This document shows positions 1 to 11,102 of a stretch of 64,000 nucleotides of DNA, in pieces. A model generated the notes under the pieces. The model was not told the DNA's origin. It did not search any database and was given only the letters and a program-made list of their open reading frames with translations. The DNA is taken from contig CAWJXS010000009.1 of NCBI GenBank assembly GCA_963846885.1, positions 1,559 to 65,558 on the forward strand. Reading direction: 5' to 3'. Each line of letters opens with the position of its first letter. The stretch's first letter is position 1. The translations under genes and the position numbers were made by a program. The DNA comes from an uncultured Gammaproteobacteria bacterium (lineage in GTDB: Bacteria; Pseudomonadota; Gammaproteobacteria; Steroidobacterales; Steroidobacteraceae).

Positions 1-266
1 ACGCATCGGACCCGATTCCGGGCAACTACACCCTCGAGGTGTCGTCGCCCGGCATGGAGCGGCCGCTGCGCCAGGCGCGGCATTTCGGGCCGTTCGTGGG
101 GGAAGAGGTTTTCGTGGAGATGGTGCATCCCTGCGAGGAGCGCCGCCGGTTCAAGGGCCGGTTGGTCGCCGCCGGGGACGACACGATCGAGGTTGCCGTG
201 GACGGCCGGACATTCCGGCTGCCGATTGCGGGCATCAGGAAGGCGCATCTCGCGCCCGACTTCTGA
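1..266 (+). CDS. rimP: ribosome maturation factor RimP, C-terminal part (5' end lies outside the window)
   Basis: Open in frame from nt 3. Reads ...YTLEVSSPGMERPL..., a RimP signature. Sits directly upstream of nusA-infB. Confidence 0.85.
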   Translation, partial: ASDPIPGNYTLEVSSPGMERPLRQARHFGPFVGEEVFVEMVHPCEERRRFKGRLVAAGDDTIEVAVDGRTFRLPIAGIRKAHLAPDF

Positions 267-296
267 CCGCAGACGATTTGCAGAGGACGACGAGCG

Positions 297-1799
297 ATGA
301 GCAAAGAAATCCTGAGAGTTGCGGAAGAAGTTTCCAACGAGAAGGGCGTCGAGAAGGAAATCATCTTCGAGGCGCTTGAAACCGCGCTCGCGTCTGCCAC
401 GCGCAAGAAGTACGGCGAGGAGATCGACGTGCGGGTGTCGATCAACCGCAAGACGGGTGAGTACGACACCTACCAGCGCTGGAAGGTCTTCGCCGACGAC
501 TCCACCGAGCTCGAGTTCCCGGACAAGGAACTGCGCCTCGAAGACGCGCTCGACGTGTCGCCGGAAGCCGAGCCGGGTGGCTACGTCGAAGTTCCGCTCG
601 AGTCGGTCGCCTTCGGCCGCATCGCTGCGCAGACCGCCAAGCAGGTCATCGTGCAGAAGGTGCGCGAGGCCGAGCGCGCGCAGGTCGTCGACATGTACAA
701 GGCCCGCATCGGCACGCTGGTGTCGGGACTGGTCAAGCGCGTCGACCGCAACGGCATCTTCGTCGACCTCGGCGGCAACGCCGAAGGCTTCATCCCGCGC
801 GACCAGATGATCCCGCGCGAGCCGGTCCGCACGCAGGACCGCATCAAGTCTTTCCTCAAGGACGTGCGCTCCGAGCCGCGCGGCCCGCAGCTGTTCCTGA
901 GCCGCACGGCGCCCGAGTTCCTGATCGAACTGTTCAAGCTCGAAGTGCCGGAAGTCGGCCAGGGCCTGATCAACATCCTCGGCGCCGCCCGCGATCCGGG
1001 CGCCCGCGCCAAGATCGCCGTCCGCAGCAACGACCCGCGCATCGACCCGGTCGGCGCCTGCGTCGGCATGCGCGGTTCGCGCGTGCAGGCCGTCTCGAAC
1101 GAGATCGCCGGCGAGCGCGTCGACATCATTCCGTTCGACGACAACGCCGCGCAGTTCGTGATCAACGCGATGCAGCCGGCCGAAGTCAGCTCCATCGTGA
1201 TGGACGAAGAGTCGCATTCGATGGACATCGCCGTGGCGGAAGAAAAGCTGTCGCAGGCCATCGGCCGCGGCGGCCAGAACATCCGCCTCGCGAGCGAGCT
1301 CACCGGCTGGAAGCTCAACATCATGAGCGAGCAGGCGGCGGAAGAAAAAAGCGAGTCCGAGCAGAAGGTGCTGCGCGACCTGTTCATGCAGCAGCTGGAC
1401 GTGGACGAGGACGTCGCGGCCATCCTGGTGCAGGAAGGGTTCTCCAGCATCGAGGAAATCGCCTACGTGCCGCAGTCCGAAATCGCGTCGATCGAGGAAT
1501 TCGACGAGGCGATCGTGCATGAACTGCGCAATCGCGCCCGTGACGTGCTGCTCACGCAGGCGATCGCGAGCGAGGAAACCATCGAGAAGGCGGCCCCGGC
1601 GGCCGACCTGCTCGAAGTCGATGGCATGGACAGCGCCCTGGCCGCCGAACTTGCGCGTCACGGCATCGTGACCCGCGAAGACCTGGCCGAGCAGTCGATC
1701 GACGAACTCGTCGAAATTCCCAATCTTGACGAGAAGCGCGCTGGTGAGTTGATCCTCGCTGCGCGCAAGCACTGGTTCGAACAGGGCCAGCAGGCGTGA
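297..1799 (+). CDS. nusA: transcription termination/antitermination factor NusA
   Basis: 500-aa ORF with S1/KH-type stretches ([35 protein letters not shown]) and a C-terminal acidic repeat region. Conserved rimP-nusA-infB order. Confidence 0.97.
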   Translation: MSKEILRVAEEVSNEKGVEKEIIFEALETALASATRKKYGEEIDVRVSINRKTGEYDTYQRWKVFADDSTELEFPDKELRLEDALDVSPEAEPGGYVEVPLESVAFGRIAAQTAKQVIVQKVREAERAQVVDMYKARIGTLVSGLVKRVDRNGIFVDLGGNAEGFIPRDQMIPREPVRTQDRIKSFLKDVRSEPRGPQLFLSRTAPEFLIELFKLEVPEVGQGLINILGAARDPGARAKIAVRSNDPRIDPVGACVGMRGSRVQAVSNEIAGERVDIIPFDDNAAQFVINAMQPAEVSSIVMDEESHSMDIAVAEEKLSQAIGRGGQNIRLASELTGWKLNIMSEQAAEEKSESEQKVLRDLFMQQLDVDEDVAAILVQEGFSSIEEIAYVPQSEIASIEEFDEAIVHELRNRARDVLLTQAIASEETIEKAAPAADLLEVDGMDSALAAELARHGIVTREDLAEQSIDELVEIPNLDEKRAGELILAARKHWFEQGQQA

Positions 1800-1815
1800 G
1801 CGGAGGCTTGATTCA

Positions 1816-4365
1816 ATGGCAGAAGTGACGGTCACGCAATTTGCAGAGGTCCTGAAGGTCCCCGTCGACCGGCTGCTCACGCAGTTGGGCGAGGCGGGCA
1901 TCAAGGTTGGCGGCGCTGACGACATCATCAGCGAAGAAGCCAAGATGGAACTGCTGACGCACCTGCGCCGCGCGCATGGGCGGCAGGGCGAGGACGCGGC
2001 GGCGCCGCGCAAGATCACCTTGCAGCGCAAGACGCAGCAGGAGATCAAGCTCGCTTCGACGCAGGGCCGCGCCCGCACGGTCGCCGTCGAGGTGCGCAAG
2101 AAGAAGACCTACCTGAACCGCTCTGTCATCGAAGAAGAGCAGCGCCAGCGCCACGAAGAAGTCGAGAAGGCGCGACCAGCCGCCCCGCTGGACGACGCCG
2201 CGCGCATGGAGCAGGAGCGCATCGACGCCGAAACGCGCGCCGCCGAGCAGCTCGAGCGCGACCGCATCGAGGCGGACGAACGCCGCATGCAGGAAGAAAC
2301 CGCGCGCGCGCGTGCCGACGCCGAAGCGCGCGTGGCTGCCGAGCAGCAGGTCCGCGAACGCACCGAGCGCGAGCGTGCCGATGCCGAGCGCCGCACAGCC
2401 GAGCAGCCGCGTGCGCAGAAGCCCTCGCGTGCCAGCGAACCCGCGCCCAGCCGCGCCCCATCGGGTGCGCCGACCAAGTACGGCCGGCAGGAACTGCACG
2501 TCTCGGCCAATGCCAAGGCCAACTTCAAGAAAAAGCAGCAGCCCCAGGGCCGCTTCCGTCGCTCGGGCCAGGTGCAGGTCGACTCTCGCCACGGTTTCGT
2601 GGAGCCGACGGCGCCGGTCAAGCGCGACGTCCAGATCCCCGAGACGATCACGGTCGGCGAACTCGCCAACCGCATGGCAGTCAAGGCCAACGAAGTCATC
2701 AAGACGATGATGAAGATGGGCGTGATGGCCACGATCAACCAGCCCATCGACCAGGACACGGCCACGCTCGTGGTCGAGGAATTCGGCCACACGGCGATCG
2801 CGCTGAAGGAAGACCAGATCGAGCAGCAGCTGCTCGAGACGGCGGCCGACATCGAAATGCTGCCGCGCGCGCCGGTCGTGACCATCATGGGCCACGTCGA
2901 CCACGGCAAGACCTCGCTGCTCGACTACATCCGCACCACCAAGGTCGCGGCGGGCGAGGCGGGTGGCATCACCCAGCACATCGGCGCGTACCAGGTGCAG
3001 ACGCCGAAGGGCCTGATCACCTTCATCGACACCCCCGGACACGCCGCGTTCACCGCGATGCGTGCCCGCGGCGCCAACGTGACGGACATCGTCATCCTCG
3101 TGGTGGCGGCGGACGACGGCGTCATGCCGCAGACGATCGAAGCGGTCAACCACGCGCGCGCGGCGGAAGTGCCGATCGTCGTCGCGGTCAACAAGATCGA
3201 CAAGCACGGCGCGGACCCGGATCGCGTCAAGAACGACTTGGGCAAGCTCAACGTCATCCCTGAGGAATGGGGCGGCGACGTGATGTTCGTCAACGTCTCG
3301 GCGAAGACCGGCGAGGGCATCGACAAGCTGCTCGAGTCCGTGCTGCTGCAGGCCGAAGTGCTCGACCTCAAGGCGCCGACCTCCGGCCTCGCCGTGGGCG
3401 TCGTGCTCGAGTCCAGCATCGAAAAGGGTCGCGGCCCGGTGGCCACCGTGCTCGTGAAGCGCGGCACGCTCAAGGCGGGCGATCCGATCATCGCGGGCCA
3501 GGAATTCGGCCGCGTGCGGGCGCTGTTCGACGCGCTCGGCAAGCAGGTGCAGACCGCCGGTCCCGCCCAGCCCGTGCAGGTGCTCGGTCTTTCGGACGCG
3601 CCCGGCGCCGGTGACGACCTGCTGGTCGTCGAAAGCGAGCGCAAGGCGCGCGAAGTCGCGCTGTATCGGCAAGGCAAGTACCGCGACGTGCGTCTCGCAG
3701 GTGCGACGAAGAAAGTCGAGGACGTCTTCTCGCAGATCGGCGAGAACGCCGGCCAGTTCGTCAACCTCATCGTCAAGGCCGACGTGCAGGGCAGCGCCGA
3801 AGCGCTGCGTGATTCGCTGTCGAAGATCGGCACCGACGAAGCGTCGGTCAAGGTCATCGCGAGCGGCGTGGGCGGCATCACCGAGTCCGACGTTTCGCTG
3901 GCCGCGGCATCGCGGGCACGCATCATCGGCTTCAACGTCCGTGCGGACGGCGCTGCCCGCAGCGCGCTGAAGGACCAGGGCGTCGAGGTCAACTACTACA
4001 GCGTCATCTACGAGGCGCTCGACGACGTGCGCAGCTGGGTGTCCGGCATGCTCAAGCCCGAGATCAAGGAACAGATCGTCGGCCTCGCCGAAGTGCGCGA
4101 AGTGTTCCGCTCGAGCAAGTTCGGCACCGTGGCGGGCTGCCTCGTCACCGAAGGCGTCATCAAGCGCGGCAATCCGGTGCGCGTGCTGCGTGAGAACGTG
4201 GTCATCCACCAGGGCGAACTCGACTCGCTGCGCCGTTTCAAGGACGACGTGGGCGAAGTGCGCGGCGGCACGGAGTGCGGCATCGGCGTGGTCAAGTACA
4301 ACGATATTCGCGTGGGCGACCAGATCGAGTGCTTCTCCCGCTTCGAGGTCGCGCGCAGCGCGTAA
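1816..4365 (+). CDS. infB: translation initiation factor IF-2
   Basis: 849-aa ORF with GTPase motifs [17 protein letters not shown] and NKID, and a charged Arg/Glu/Ala-rich N-terminal region. Confidence 0.97.
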   Translation: MAEVTVTQFAEVLKVPVDRLLTQLGEAGIKVGGADDIISEEAKMELLTHLRRAHGRQGEDAAAPRKITLQRKTQQEIKLASTQGRARTVAVEVRKKKTYLNRSVIEEEQRQRHEEVEKARPAAPLDDAARMEQERIDAETRAAEQLERDRIEADERRMQEETARARADAEARVAAEQQVRERTERERADAERRTAEQPRAQKPSRASEPAPSRAPSGAPTKYGRQELHVSANAKANFKKKQQPQGRFRRSGQVQVDSRHGFVEPTAPVKRDVQIPETITVGELANRMAVKANEVIKTMMKMGVMATINQPIDQDTATLVVEEFGHTAIALKEDQIEQQLLETAADIEMLPRAPVVTIMGHVDHGKTSLLDYIRTTKVAAGEAGGITQHIGAYQVQTPKGLITFIDTPGHAAFTAMRARGANVTDIVILVVAADDGVMPQTIEAVNHARAAEVPIVVAVNKIDKHGADPDRVKNDLGKLNVIPEEWGGDVMFVNVSAKTGEGIDKLLESVLLQAEVLDLKAPTSGLAVGVVLESSIEKGRGPVATVLVKRGTLKAGDPIIAGQEFGRVRALFDALGKQVQTAGPAQPVQVLGLSDAPGAGDDLLVVESERKAREVALYRQGKYRDVRLAGATKKVEDVFSQIGENAGQFVNLIVKADVQGSAEALRDSLSKIGTDEASVKVIASGVGGITESDVSLAAASRARIIGFNVRADGAARSALKDQGVEVNYYSVIYEALDDVRSWVSGMLKPEIKEQIVGLAEVREVFRSSKFGTVAGCLVTEGVIKRGNPVRVLRENVVIHQGELDSLRRFKDDVGEVRGGTECGIGVVKYNDIRVGDQIECFSRFEVARSA

Positions 4366-4373
4366 CGCAGCAG

Positions 4374-4841
4374 ATGCCACGCGAGGTACCCCGGGCCCGA
4401 CGCATCGCTGAACAGGTTCAGCGCGTCCTCTCGCAGCTGCTGCTGCGGGAGGTGCGTGACCCGCGCCTGAAACCGATGACGGTCACGCACGTCAAGGTGT
4501 CGCCGGATCTCACGCACATGTGGGTGAATTACACGCTGCTGGCGGGTGACTCCCACGACGAGTTGCAGAAGGAAATCCTGGACGAGGCGGCCGTGTACCT
4601 GCGCGGTCCGCTCGGGCGCGCCCTCAAGCTGCGCCTCGCACCGCAGCTGCACTTCGCACCGGATGAAGAACTCGAGCGCGGCAACCGCCTCGACGATCTC
4701 ATCGGCCGCGCGGTGCGTGACGACAAGGCGCGTCACGTCGACGATCCTGCGGCGCCGGCGGAATCCGAGCCCGAGGCCGATGATGACCTCGGCCATTACG
4801 ACAGCCGCCTCGACGACGAAGCCGACGACCCCCGTCCGTGA
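4374..4841 (+). CDS. rbfA: ribosome-binding factor A, with an acidic C-terminal tail of about 45 aa
   Basis: ATG at 4374 inside ORF 4275..4841, just after the infB stop. RIAEQVQRVLSQLLLREVRDPRL... is RbfA-like. Confidence 0.9.
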   Translation: MPREVPRARRIAEQVQRVLSQLLLREVRDPRLKPMTVTHVKVSPDLTHMWVNYTLLAGDSHDELQKEILDEAAVYLRGPLGRALKLRLAPQLHFAPDEELERGNRLDDLIGRAVRDDKARHVDDPAAPAESEPEADDDLGHYDSRLDDEADDPRP

Positions 4842-5821
4842 GCAGCGCTGATTCCGGACGTCCCGCCCCGGTTCGCCGGCGCTGGCGGGCGGTGGACGGC
4901 ATCGTCCTGCTCGACAAACCCCACGGCCTGAGTTCGACGCAAGCGCTGCAACGCGTCCGCCGCCACCTGCAGGCCGAGAAGGCGGGTCATGCCGGCACCC
5001 TCGATCCCATGGCGACCGGCATGCTGCCCCTGTGCTTCGGCCAGGCCACCAAGGCGTGCGGGACGTTGCTCGGCCGGCGCAAGGCCTACAGCGCGACCAT
5101 CGTGCTCGGCGTGGCAACCGACACCGGCGATGCAGAGGGTCAACCCGTCGCGGATGCGGCGGTTCCCGCGTTCGACGCCGCGAGGCTCGAAGGGGTGCTG
5201 GCTGCGCTGCGCGGCGAGCGGCCGCAGGTGCCGCCCATGTATTCCGCATTGAAGCGCGATGGCCGGCCCCTGTACGAGCTGGCGCGCCTGGGGCTCGAGG
5301 TCGAACGCGCCGCGCGGCAGATCACCATCGAATCACTCGTGGTGACAGGCGACAACTCGAGTCAGGACAGGGCCACGCTCGACATCGAGGTCGTCTGTTC
5401 CAAAGGCACCTACATCCGCGTCCTCGCGGAGGAGATCGCTGCGGGCCTCGGCACGCGCGGGCACCTGGGGGCGCTGCGCCGGCTCTGGGTCGAGCCGTTC
5501 GAGCGGGCGGCGATGGTCACGTTGGAGGAGATCGAGGCCTCGCCGGCGGCAGCAGCCGACCCGGCACCGTGGCTTGCACCCGTCGATGCGGCGTTCCCGG
5601 ACCTGCCGCGACTGGAGCTCGACGATCTCGAGGCCCTGTACCTGTGCCAGGGACGCACGCTGGCGCGGCCCGCAGGGCTGGTCGAAGCCGCCCAATACCG
5701 GGCCTACGGGCCCGACGGTGGCTTCCTCGGGCTGGTCGAACCCGCCACCGGAGACCGGCTCCAGGTGCTGCGATTGTTCGTTCCTGGCGCGGGCACCACC
5801 GGACCGGGTCGAAAAAGTTGA
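4838..5821 (+). CDS. truB: tRNA pseudouridine-55 synthase TruB
   Basis: GTG start overlaps the rbfA stop (GTGA). HAGTLDPMATGMLPLCFG motif contains the catalytic Asp. Confidence 0.93.
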   Translation: MSSADSGRPAPVRRRWRAVDGIVLLDKPHGLSSTQALQRVRRHLQAEKAGHAGTLDPMATGMLPLCFGQATKACGTLLGRRKAYSATIVLGVATDTGDAEGQPVADAAVPAFDAARLEGVLAALRGERPQVPPMYSALKRDGRPLYELARLGLEVERAARQITIESLVVTGDNSSQDRATLDIEVVCSKGTYIRVLAEEIAAGLGTRGHLGALRRLWVEPFERAAMVTLEEIEASPAAAADPAPWLAPVDAAFPDLPRLELDDLEALYLCQGRTLARPAGLVEAAQYRAYGPDGGFLGLVEPATGDRLQVLRLFVPGAGTTGPGRKS

Positions 5822-5887
5822 GTAAAAGGGGTCCGTGCGGCTAAAATGCGCGGCTCACACCAAGGCGAACGTTAAGGTTATTACACG

Positions 5888-6157
5888 ATGGCACTGTCCA
5901 CCGAGCGCAAGACTGAGATCGTCGGCGACTTCAAACGAGGCGCCGCTGACACGGGTTCTCCCGAGGTCCAGGTTGCACTGCTCTCCGCCCGCATCAACGA
6001 ACTGGGCGAACACTTCGCCGCGCACAAGCGCGATCACGCGTCGCGCCGCGGGCTGCTCAAGCTCGTGACGCAGCGCCGCAAGCTTCTCGACTACCTGAAG
6101 GAAACCGCTCCGGCGCGTTATCAGGAAGTCGTAGCACGGCTCGGCCTGCGCCGCTGA
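5888..6157 (+). CDS. rpsO: 30S ribosomal protein S15
   Basis: 89-aa [15 protein letters not shown]...[14 protein letters not shown]...[15 protein letters not shown]. Confidence 0.97.
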   Translation: MALSTERKTEIVGDFKRGAADTGSPEVQVALLSARINELGEHFAAHKRDHASRRGLLKLVTQRRKLLDYLKETAPARYQEVVARLGLRR

Positions 6158-6170
6158 CCGTCGCCCCCGT

Positions 6171-6195
6171 ATCCGGCCCGCTCTGCGGGCCGGAT
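6171..6195 (+). terminator. rpsO terminator / pnp leader stem-loop
   Basis: Perfect 11-bp stem atccggcccgc / gcgggccggat with a 3-nt loop, 14 nt after the rpsO stop and upstream of pnp. This is the position of the known rpsO-pnp attenuator and RNase III hairpin. Confidence 0.55.
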
Positions 6196-6248
6196 TCGTA
6201 TTCGCCCCTCGTCGGGCAATTGCCTCCAACATTCGGACACCCCTCACC

Positions 6249-8330
6249 GTGAACGTCCACAAGACCAGCTTCCAGTACGGCCCGCACACTGTCTCGATCG
6301 AAACCGGCCGCCTGGCCCGCCAGGCTGACGGTTCCGTCCTCGTCTCCATGGGCGACACGGTGGTGCTCGTCACCGCCGTCGGCCGCCGCGAAGCGCAGCC
6401 GGGCAAGGATTTCTTCCCGCTCACCGTCAACTACATCGAGAAGACGTACGCCGCGGGCCGCATCCCGGGTGGCTTCTTCAAGCGCGAAGGCCGTCCTTCG
6501 GAAAAAGAGACGCTGATCTCGCGCCTCATCGACCGCCCGATCCGTCCGCTGTTTCCTGAGTTCTTCTTCAACGAAGTCCAGGTCGTCGCGACGGTCGTCT
6601 CGCTCGACCCGGAAATCGATTCCGACATCCCGGCGATGATTGGCGCGTCGGCGGCGCTCGCGCTGTCGGGCATCCCGTTCAAGGGCCCCATCGGTGGCGC
6701 GCGCGTCGGCTACATCGAAGGCAAGTACGTCCTGAACCCGTCCACCAAGGACATGAAGACGTCTGACCTCGACCTCGTCGTCGCCGGCACGGCCGACGCG
6801 GTGCTGATGGTCGAATCTGAAGCCAACCTGCTGTCCGAAGCCGTGATGCTCGGCGCCGTGGTCTACGGTCACGAGCAGATGCAGGTCGCGATCAACGCGA
6901 TCCGCGAACTCGCCGCCAAGGCCGGCAAGCCGTCGTGGGACTGGAAGGCGCCGGAACTCGACGCCGACCTCGCGAAGGCTGTCGCCGCGCAGGCTGAAGC
7001 CGAACTCGTCAAGGCCTACCAGATCACCGAGAAGCAGGCGCGCCACACCCGCGTCGGCGAACTCAAGAAGGCGCTGGTCGAAGCGCTCGCCACGGGCGAG
7101 GGCGCCAAGTACCAGGCGCGCCAGGTCACCGACGAACTCGGCCGCCTCGAGTACAACATCGTGCGTCGCCGCATCATCGCGGGCGAGCCGCGCATCGACG
7201 GCCGCGACATGCACACGGTCCGCAAGATCACCGTCGAGACGGGCGTGCTGCCGCGCACGCACGGTTCGGCGCTGTTCACGCGCGGCGAAACGCAGGCGCT
7301 GGTCACGACCACGCTCGGCACCGGCCGCGACGCGCAGATCATCGACGCGCTGGCCGGCGAGCGCAAAGAACCGTTCATGCTCCACTACAACTTCCCGCCG
7401 TTCTCGGTGGGTGAGACGGGCATGATGGGTTCGCCGAAGCGCCGCGAGATCGGCCACGGCAACCTGGCGCGCCGCGGCGTGTCGGCTGTCATGCCCGACA
7501 TGACGACCTTCCCGTACATCATCCGCATCGTGTCCGAGATCACCGAGTCGAACGGTTCGAGCTCGATGGCCTCGGTCTGCGGCACCAGCCTCTCGCTGAT
7601 GGACGCGGGCGTGCCGCTCAAGGCGCCGGTGGCCGGCGTCGCGATGGGCCTCGTGCTCGAAGGCGGCAAGTTCCAGGTGCTCACCGACATCCTCGGTGAC
7701 GAAGACCACCTCGGCGACATGGATTTCAAGGTGGCCGGTTCTGCGTCGGGCGTCACCGCCCTGCAGATGGACATCAAGATCGAAGGCATCACCAAGGAAA
7801 TCATGCAGGTCGCGCTCGATTCGGCGCACAAGGCCCGCTTGCACATCCTCGGCGAGATGAACAAGGTGCTGTCGAGCGCGCGTCCGCAGATGTCGGAATG
7901 GGCGCCCACGATCATCACCATGAAGATCGACCCGGAGAAGATCCGCGAAGTCATCGGCAAGGGCGGCGCCGTCATCCGTGCGATCACGGAAGAGACGGGC
8001 ACCACGATCGACATCGAGAACGACGGCACGGTCAAGATCGCATCCGTCAGCGGCGCCGCAGGCCGCGAAGCGCAGAAGCGCATCGAGCTGATCACGTCGG
8101 AAGTCGAAGTGGGCGCGGTCTACGAAGGCAAGGTCGTCCGCCTGATGGACTTCGGCGCGTTCGTGCAGATCCTGCCGGGCAAGGACGGTCTCGTGCACAT
8201 CTCGCAGATCAGCGAAGAGCGCGTCGAGCGCGTCAGCGACAAGCTGAAGGAAGGCGATGTCGTGCGCGTGAAGGTGCTCGAAGTCGATCGCCAGGGCCGC
8301 GTGCGCCTGTCGATGCGGCACAGCGAGTGA
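6249..8330 (+). CDS. pnp: polyribonucleotide nucleotidyltransferase (PNPase)
   Basis: 693-aa ORF with GTG start, two RNase PH-like cores, then KH ([10 protein letters not shown]) and S1 ([15 protein letters not shown]) domains. Confidence 0.97.
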   Translation: MNVHKTSFQYGPHTVSIETGRLARQADGSVLVSMGDTVVLVTAVGRREAQPGKDFFPLTVNYIEKTYAAGRIPGGFFKREGRPSEKETLISRLIDRPIRPLFPEFFFNEVQVVATVVSLDPEIDSDIPAMIGASAALALSGIPFKGPIGGARVGYIEGKYVLNPSTKDMKTSDLDLVVAGTADAVLMVESEANLLSEAVMLGAVVYGHEQMQVAINAIRELAAKAGKPSWDWKAPELDADLAKAVAAQAEAELVKAYQITEKQARHTRVGELKKALVEALATGEGAKYQARQVTDELGRLEYNIVRRRIIAGEPRIDGRDMHTVRKITVETGVLPRTHGSALFTRGETQALVTTTLGTGRDAQIIDALAGERKEPFMLHYNFPPFSVGETGMMGSPKRREIGHGNLARRGVSAVMPDMTTFPYIIRIVSEITESNGSSSMASVCGTSLSLMDAGVPLKAPVAGVAMGLVLEGGKFQVLTDILGDEDHLGDMDFKVAGSASGVTALQMDIKIEGITKEIMQVALDSAHKARLHILGEMNKVLSSARPQMSEWAPTIITMKIDPEKIREVIGKGGAVIRAITEETGTTIDIENDGTVKIASVSGAAGREAQKRIELITSEVEVGAVYEGKVVRLMDFGAFVQILPGKDGLVHISQISEERVERVSDKLKEGDVVRVKVLEVDRQGRVRLSMRHSE

Positions 8331-8410
8331 TCGTTCTGCACCTCTCCCGCGCAAGTGGGAGAGGTCGCGCAAAGCGCGGGTGAGGGCGGATCGCTCTCGC
8401 CAACGAAGAA

Positions 8411-8434
8411 GGCCGGCGCTTTGCCGGCCTTTTT
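8411..8434 (+). terminator. Rho-independent terminator after pnp
   Basis: ggccggc-gcttt-gccggcc hairpin followed by ttttt. Confidence 0.7.
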
Positions 8435-8522
8435 CATTGGGGCTGCTGTCAAGCGGGAGGTTCAACTCATCCGGTGACTCGCACCGGACCACCGCAGGCC
8501 GGCGCAGCGTCAGGCTCGTCGC

Positions 8523-9999
8523 TCACCGCACGCGCCGGTAGCGGTACGCTCCGTCGTCCATCGTGAACGAGACCGCCTGTCCGGACTCGTCCAGCGTGAA
8601 CTGCACGCGCGAGGCGACGGCTCGCGTGATCGAACCCGGTGGCGATTCCGTTACGAAGCTCGTTGGACCTGTCGGCCGGAGCATGGCCGCGCCGGCCTCG
8701 ATGTCGGCGGCCTCGGGATCGAGCAGCTGCAGCCCTCCGGCGACAGCGAGCACGACAACCTGCTCGCCGGAACGATCGCGATACTTGACCCTCGAAGCGC
8801 GCGAAGTTCGCGGACGTGCCAGCCGCCATCGCGGGCGACGACGCCGCAGCCTTGCGTATCGGCTCGGCCACCAGCTTGAGGATGCCGGCGCTGAGCTCGC
8901 GCGGACCGTCGTCTGCATTCATCAGCAGGATGACGCCGACGCGGCTCGACGGATCGAGCAGCAGGCTCGATTTATAGCCAGGGAGGCTGCCGCCATGGTC
9001 GATACGTGCGCCAGCATCGTTGCGCGTGAGTCGCCAGCCGAGGCCCCAGCCCTGGCTCCAGTCCGGCAGCAGGAAATGCGGCCGATGCATGTCGCGCAAC
9101 GACGCGCCGGTGAGCACCGGACCCGCATTCGCATCCGAGTCACGGAACTGGAACGAGGCCCACTTCGCGAGATCGCGAACAGAGGACACGAGCGAACCAA
9201 CGGAGTCGAACGCGTCCGTCCGTTGCATCTGCTGCTCGACCGCGCGCGGGCCGTCCGGCGTCCGCCGGCCGTAAGGCACGGCGAGACCGGGGCGCGTTGC
9301 GCTTCCATCGAGGACTTCGGTGGCCGTAAGGCCGAGTGGTTGCAGCACGTTGCTGCTGAGGTATCTCGCATACGGCACGCCAGACACCTGTTGCACCAGC
9401 TGCCCGGCGACCGCATATCCGTAATTCGAGTAAGCGAGACGGGTCTGCGGCGGCAGCACCAGCGGCGTGTCGCTGGTGGCGCTCGCGATTGATTTGGCGT
9501 CCGGACTCACCAGGGCATCCCAGTCGGAGCCAGGCAACTCGCGCTGCAGGCCTGCGGTGTGTGACAGCAGGTTCCAGACGCGCACCGGCGACCCCGGCGT
9601 GCTGTCCTTGGGCGCGAACCACGTCAGGTGACGGCTGACCGGATCGTCGAGCGAAAGCTTGCCGCGCTCTGCGAGCTGGACTACCGCCGTCGCAGCGAAA
9701 GTCTTGCTGATCGAGGCGATGCGATAGAGCGTCTGGTCAGTGCTCGGGATGCGCTGCGCCACGTCGGCATAGCCATAACCCTTGCTCCACAGCAGCTGCT
9801 GGTCGTGCACCACGCCGACCGCGAAGCCCGGCAGGTCGAACCGGTAGCGCTGGCCCTCGAGCCAGACGTCGAGTCGGGCGAGCGCGTCGCGGACGGCCGG
9901 GTCGCTCGCGACCGAAACGGCGCGATCCTGCGCCGGCGCCTGCGTGGCGGGTGCGAAAAAAGCCAGGGCAACCAGGCTCGCGGCAATCGCGTGATTCAT
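8523..9999 (-). pseudogene. secreted serine hydrolase (beta-lactamase/PBP fold), reading frame broken near 8790
   Basis: ATG at 9999 with a GAGGAG Shine-Dalgarno and a signal peptide. SxxK (SISK) and YxN (YSN) motifs present. After ...ANFARFEG the frame degenerates to Arg-rich junk, while protein-like sequence (KYRDRSGEQVVVLAVAGG...FTMDDGAYRYRRV) continues in the frame of ORF 8523..8918. Confidence 0.7.
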
Positions 10000-10235
10000 T
10001 GGCGATGATCTCCTCACGGTCCAAGCCATAGGCCCTGCGCGAGCCTCACAACTGGTAGTGCGGCAGTTCTACGCGAGCCCTGCGCAAAGTCCACCATAAT
10101 TCGCTGGCAAAGCTGTCCTCGACCAGGCACGGCGAGGGCCGGGTGGGGACCTTGGCACGCCGGGCCCATAGGGAGCTGATACCCGGTCATGCAACCGTAT
10201 TGACGGCCAGTTTACAGTTCGATAGATTTAAAAAT

Positions 10236-10583
10236 ATGAAGCATCAAGCGGTGGTTCGGGCGCTCGCGGCGCTGGCGCAGGAGTCGCGGCTCGCCGTTTT
10301 TCGCCTGCTGGTCAATCGCGGTCCCGAGGGCTATCCGGCCGGAGAGATCGGCGAATTGCTCGAGATCCCAGGTCCAACGCTTTCGTTCCACCTCAAGGAA
10401 CTCGCGCAGGCGGGCCTGATCACTTCGCGCCGGGAAAGCCGGTTCATCTATTACGCCCCGGCCTTCGAGCGCATGAACGAATTGCTCGGGTACCTCACCG
10501 AAAACTGCTGCACCCAGGGCACGGTCTGCGCCACGGCGTGCGCGCCGAAGAACACGTCGAGCCGCAAGCGAAAGACAGCGTGA
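10236..10583 (+). CDS. arsR: ArsR/SmtB-family metalloregulator with a C-terminal Cys cluster
   Basis: ATG at 10236. wHTH stretch LAQESRLAVFRLL...EIGELLEIPGPTLSFHLKELAQAGLI. C-terminal ENCCTQGTVCATAC. First gene of the ars cluster. Confidence 0.85.
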   Translation: MKHQAVVRALAALAQESRLAVFRLLVNRGPEGYPAGEIGELLEIPGPTLSFHLKELAQAGLITSRRESRFIYYAPAFERMNELLGYLTENCCTQGTVCATACAPKNTSSRKRKTA

Positions 10584-10620
10584 ACGCCAGCGCTGCGCTC
10601 GCCCACCAGGAACCTCATGC

Positions 10621-11100
10621 ATGAACGTCCTTTTCCTGTGCACCGGAAACTCCTGCCGCTCGATCCTCGGCGAGGCCACGTTCAATCACCTGGCGCCAGC
10701 CGGCTGGCGGGCCATGAGCGCCGGCAGCAAGCCCACCGGCCAGGTTCATCCGCGCTCGCTGGCGCTGCTGCGACGCGAAGGCATTGCGACGGAGGGTTAC
10801 CACAGCAAGTCGTGGGACAACCTGCCAGCGACGCCCGACATCGTGATCACGGTTTGCGCCAGCGCGGCGGGTGAAACCTGCCCTGCTTATCTCGGCCCGG
10901 TGCTCCGTACGCACTGGGGTGTCGACGACCCGGCCCACGCAACAGGCACCGACGAGCAGGTCGACGCGGCGTTCATGCAGGCTTACCGCACCCTGCGGCG
11001 GCGCATCGAGGCGTTTCTCGCGCTGCCACTCGACGATCTCGCGCGTGATCCGCGTGGCCTCAAGGCTGCAATGGACCGGATCGGCGCAACGGTGAACTGA
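10621..11100 (+). CDS. arsC: arsenate reductase, LMW-PTP type
   Basis: N-terminal P-loop LCTGNSCRS (CX5R-S) and a downstream Cys pair, VCASAAGETCP. Confidence 0.9.
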   Translation: MNVLFLCTGNSCRSILGEATFNHLAPAGWRAMSAGSKPTGQVHPRSLALLRREGIATEGYHSKSWDNLPATPDIVITVCASAAGETCPAYLGPVLRTHWGVDDPAHATGTDEQVDAAFMQAYRTLRRRIEAFLALPLDDLARDPRGLKAAMDRIGATVN

Positions 11101-11102
11101 AC

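Noticed and set aside
1813-4380. 855-aa ORF on the minus strand covering all of infB
   Set aside because: Antisense to an unambiguous IF-2 gene. Its composition is Ala/Arg/Leu/Asp-rich with no motifs. Long stop-free antisense frames are expected at this GC content.
6057-8492. 811-aa minus-strand ORF opposite pnp
   Set aside because: Same high-GC antisense artefact. The PNPase frame carries all recognisable domains.
10200-10235. Looked for an ArsR operator palindrome upstream of arsR (ttcgatagatttaaaaatatgaa)
   Set aside because: The region is AT-rich, but I could not find a convincing inverted repeat, so no site is reported.
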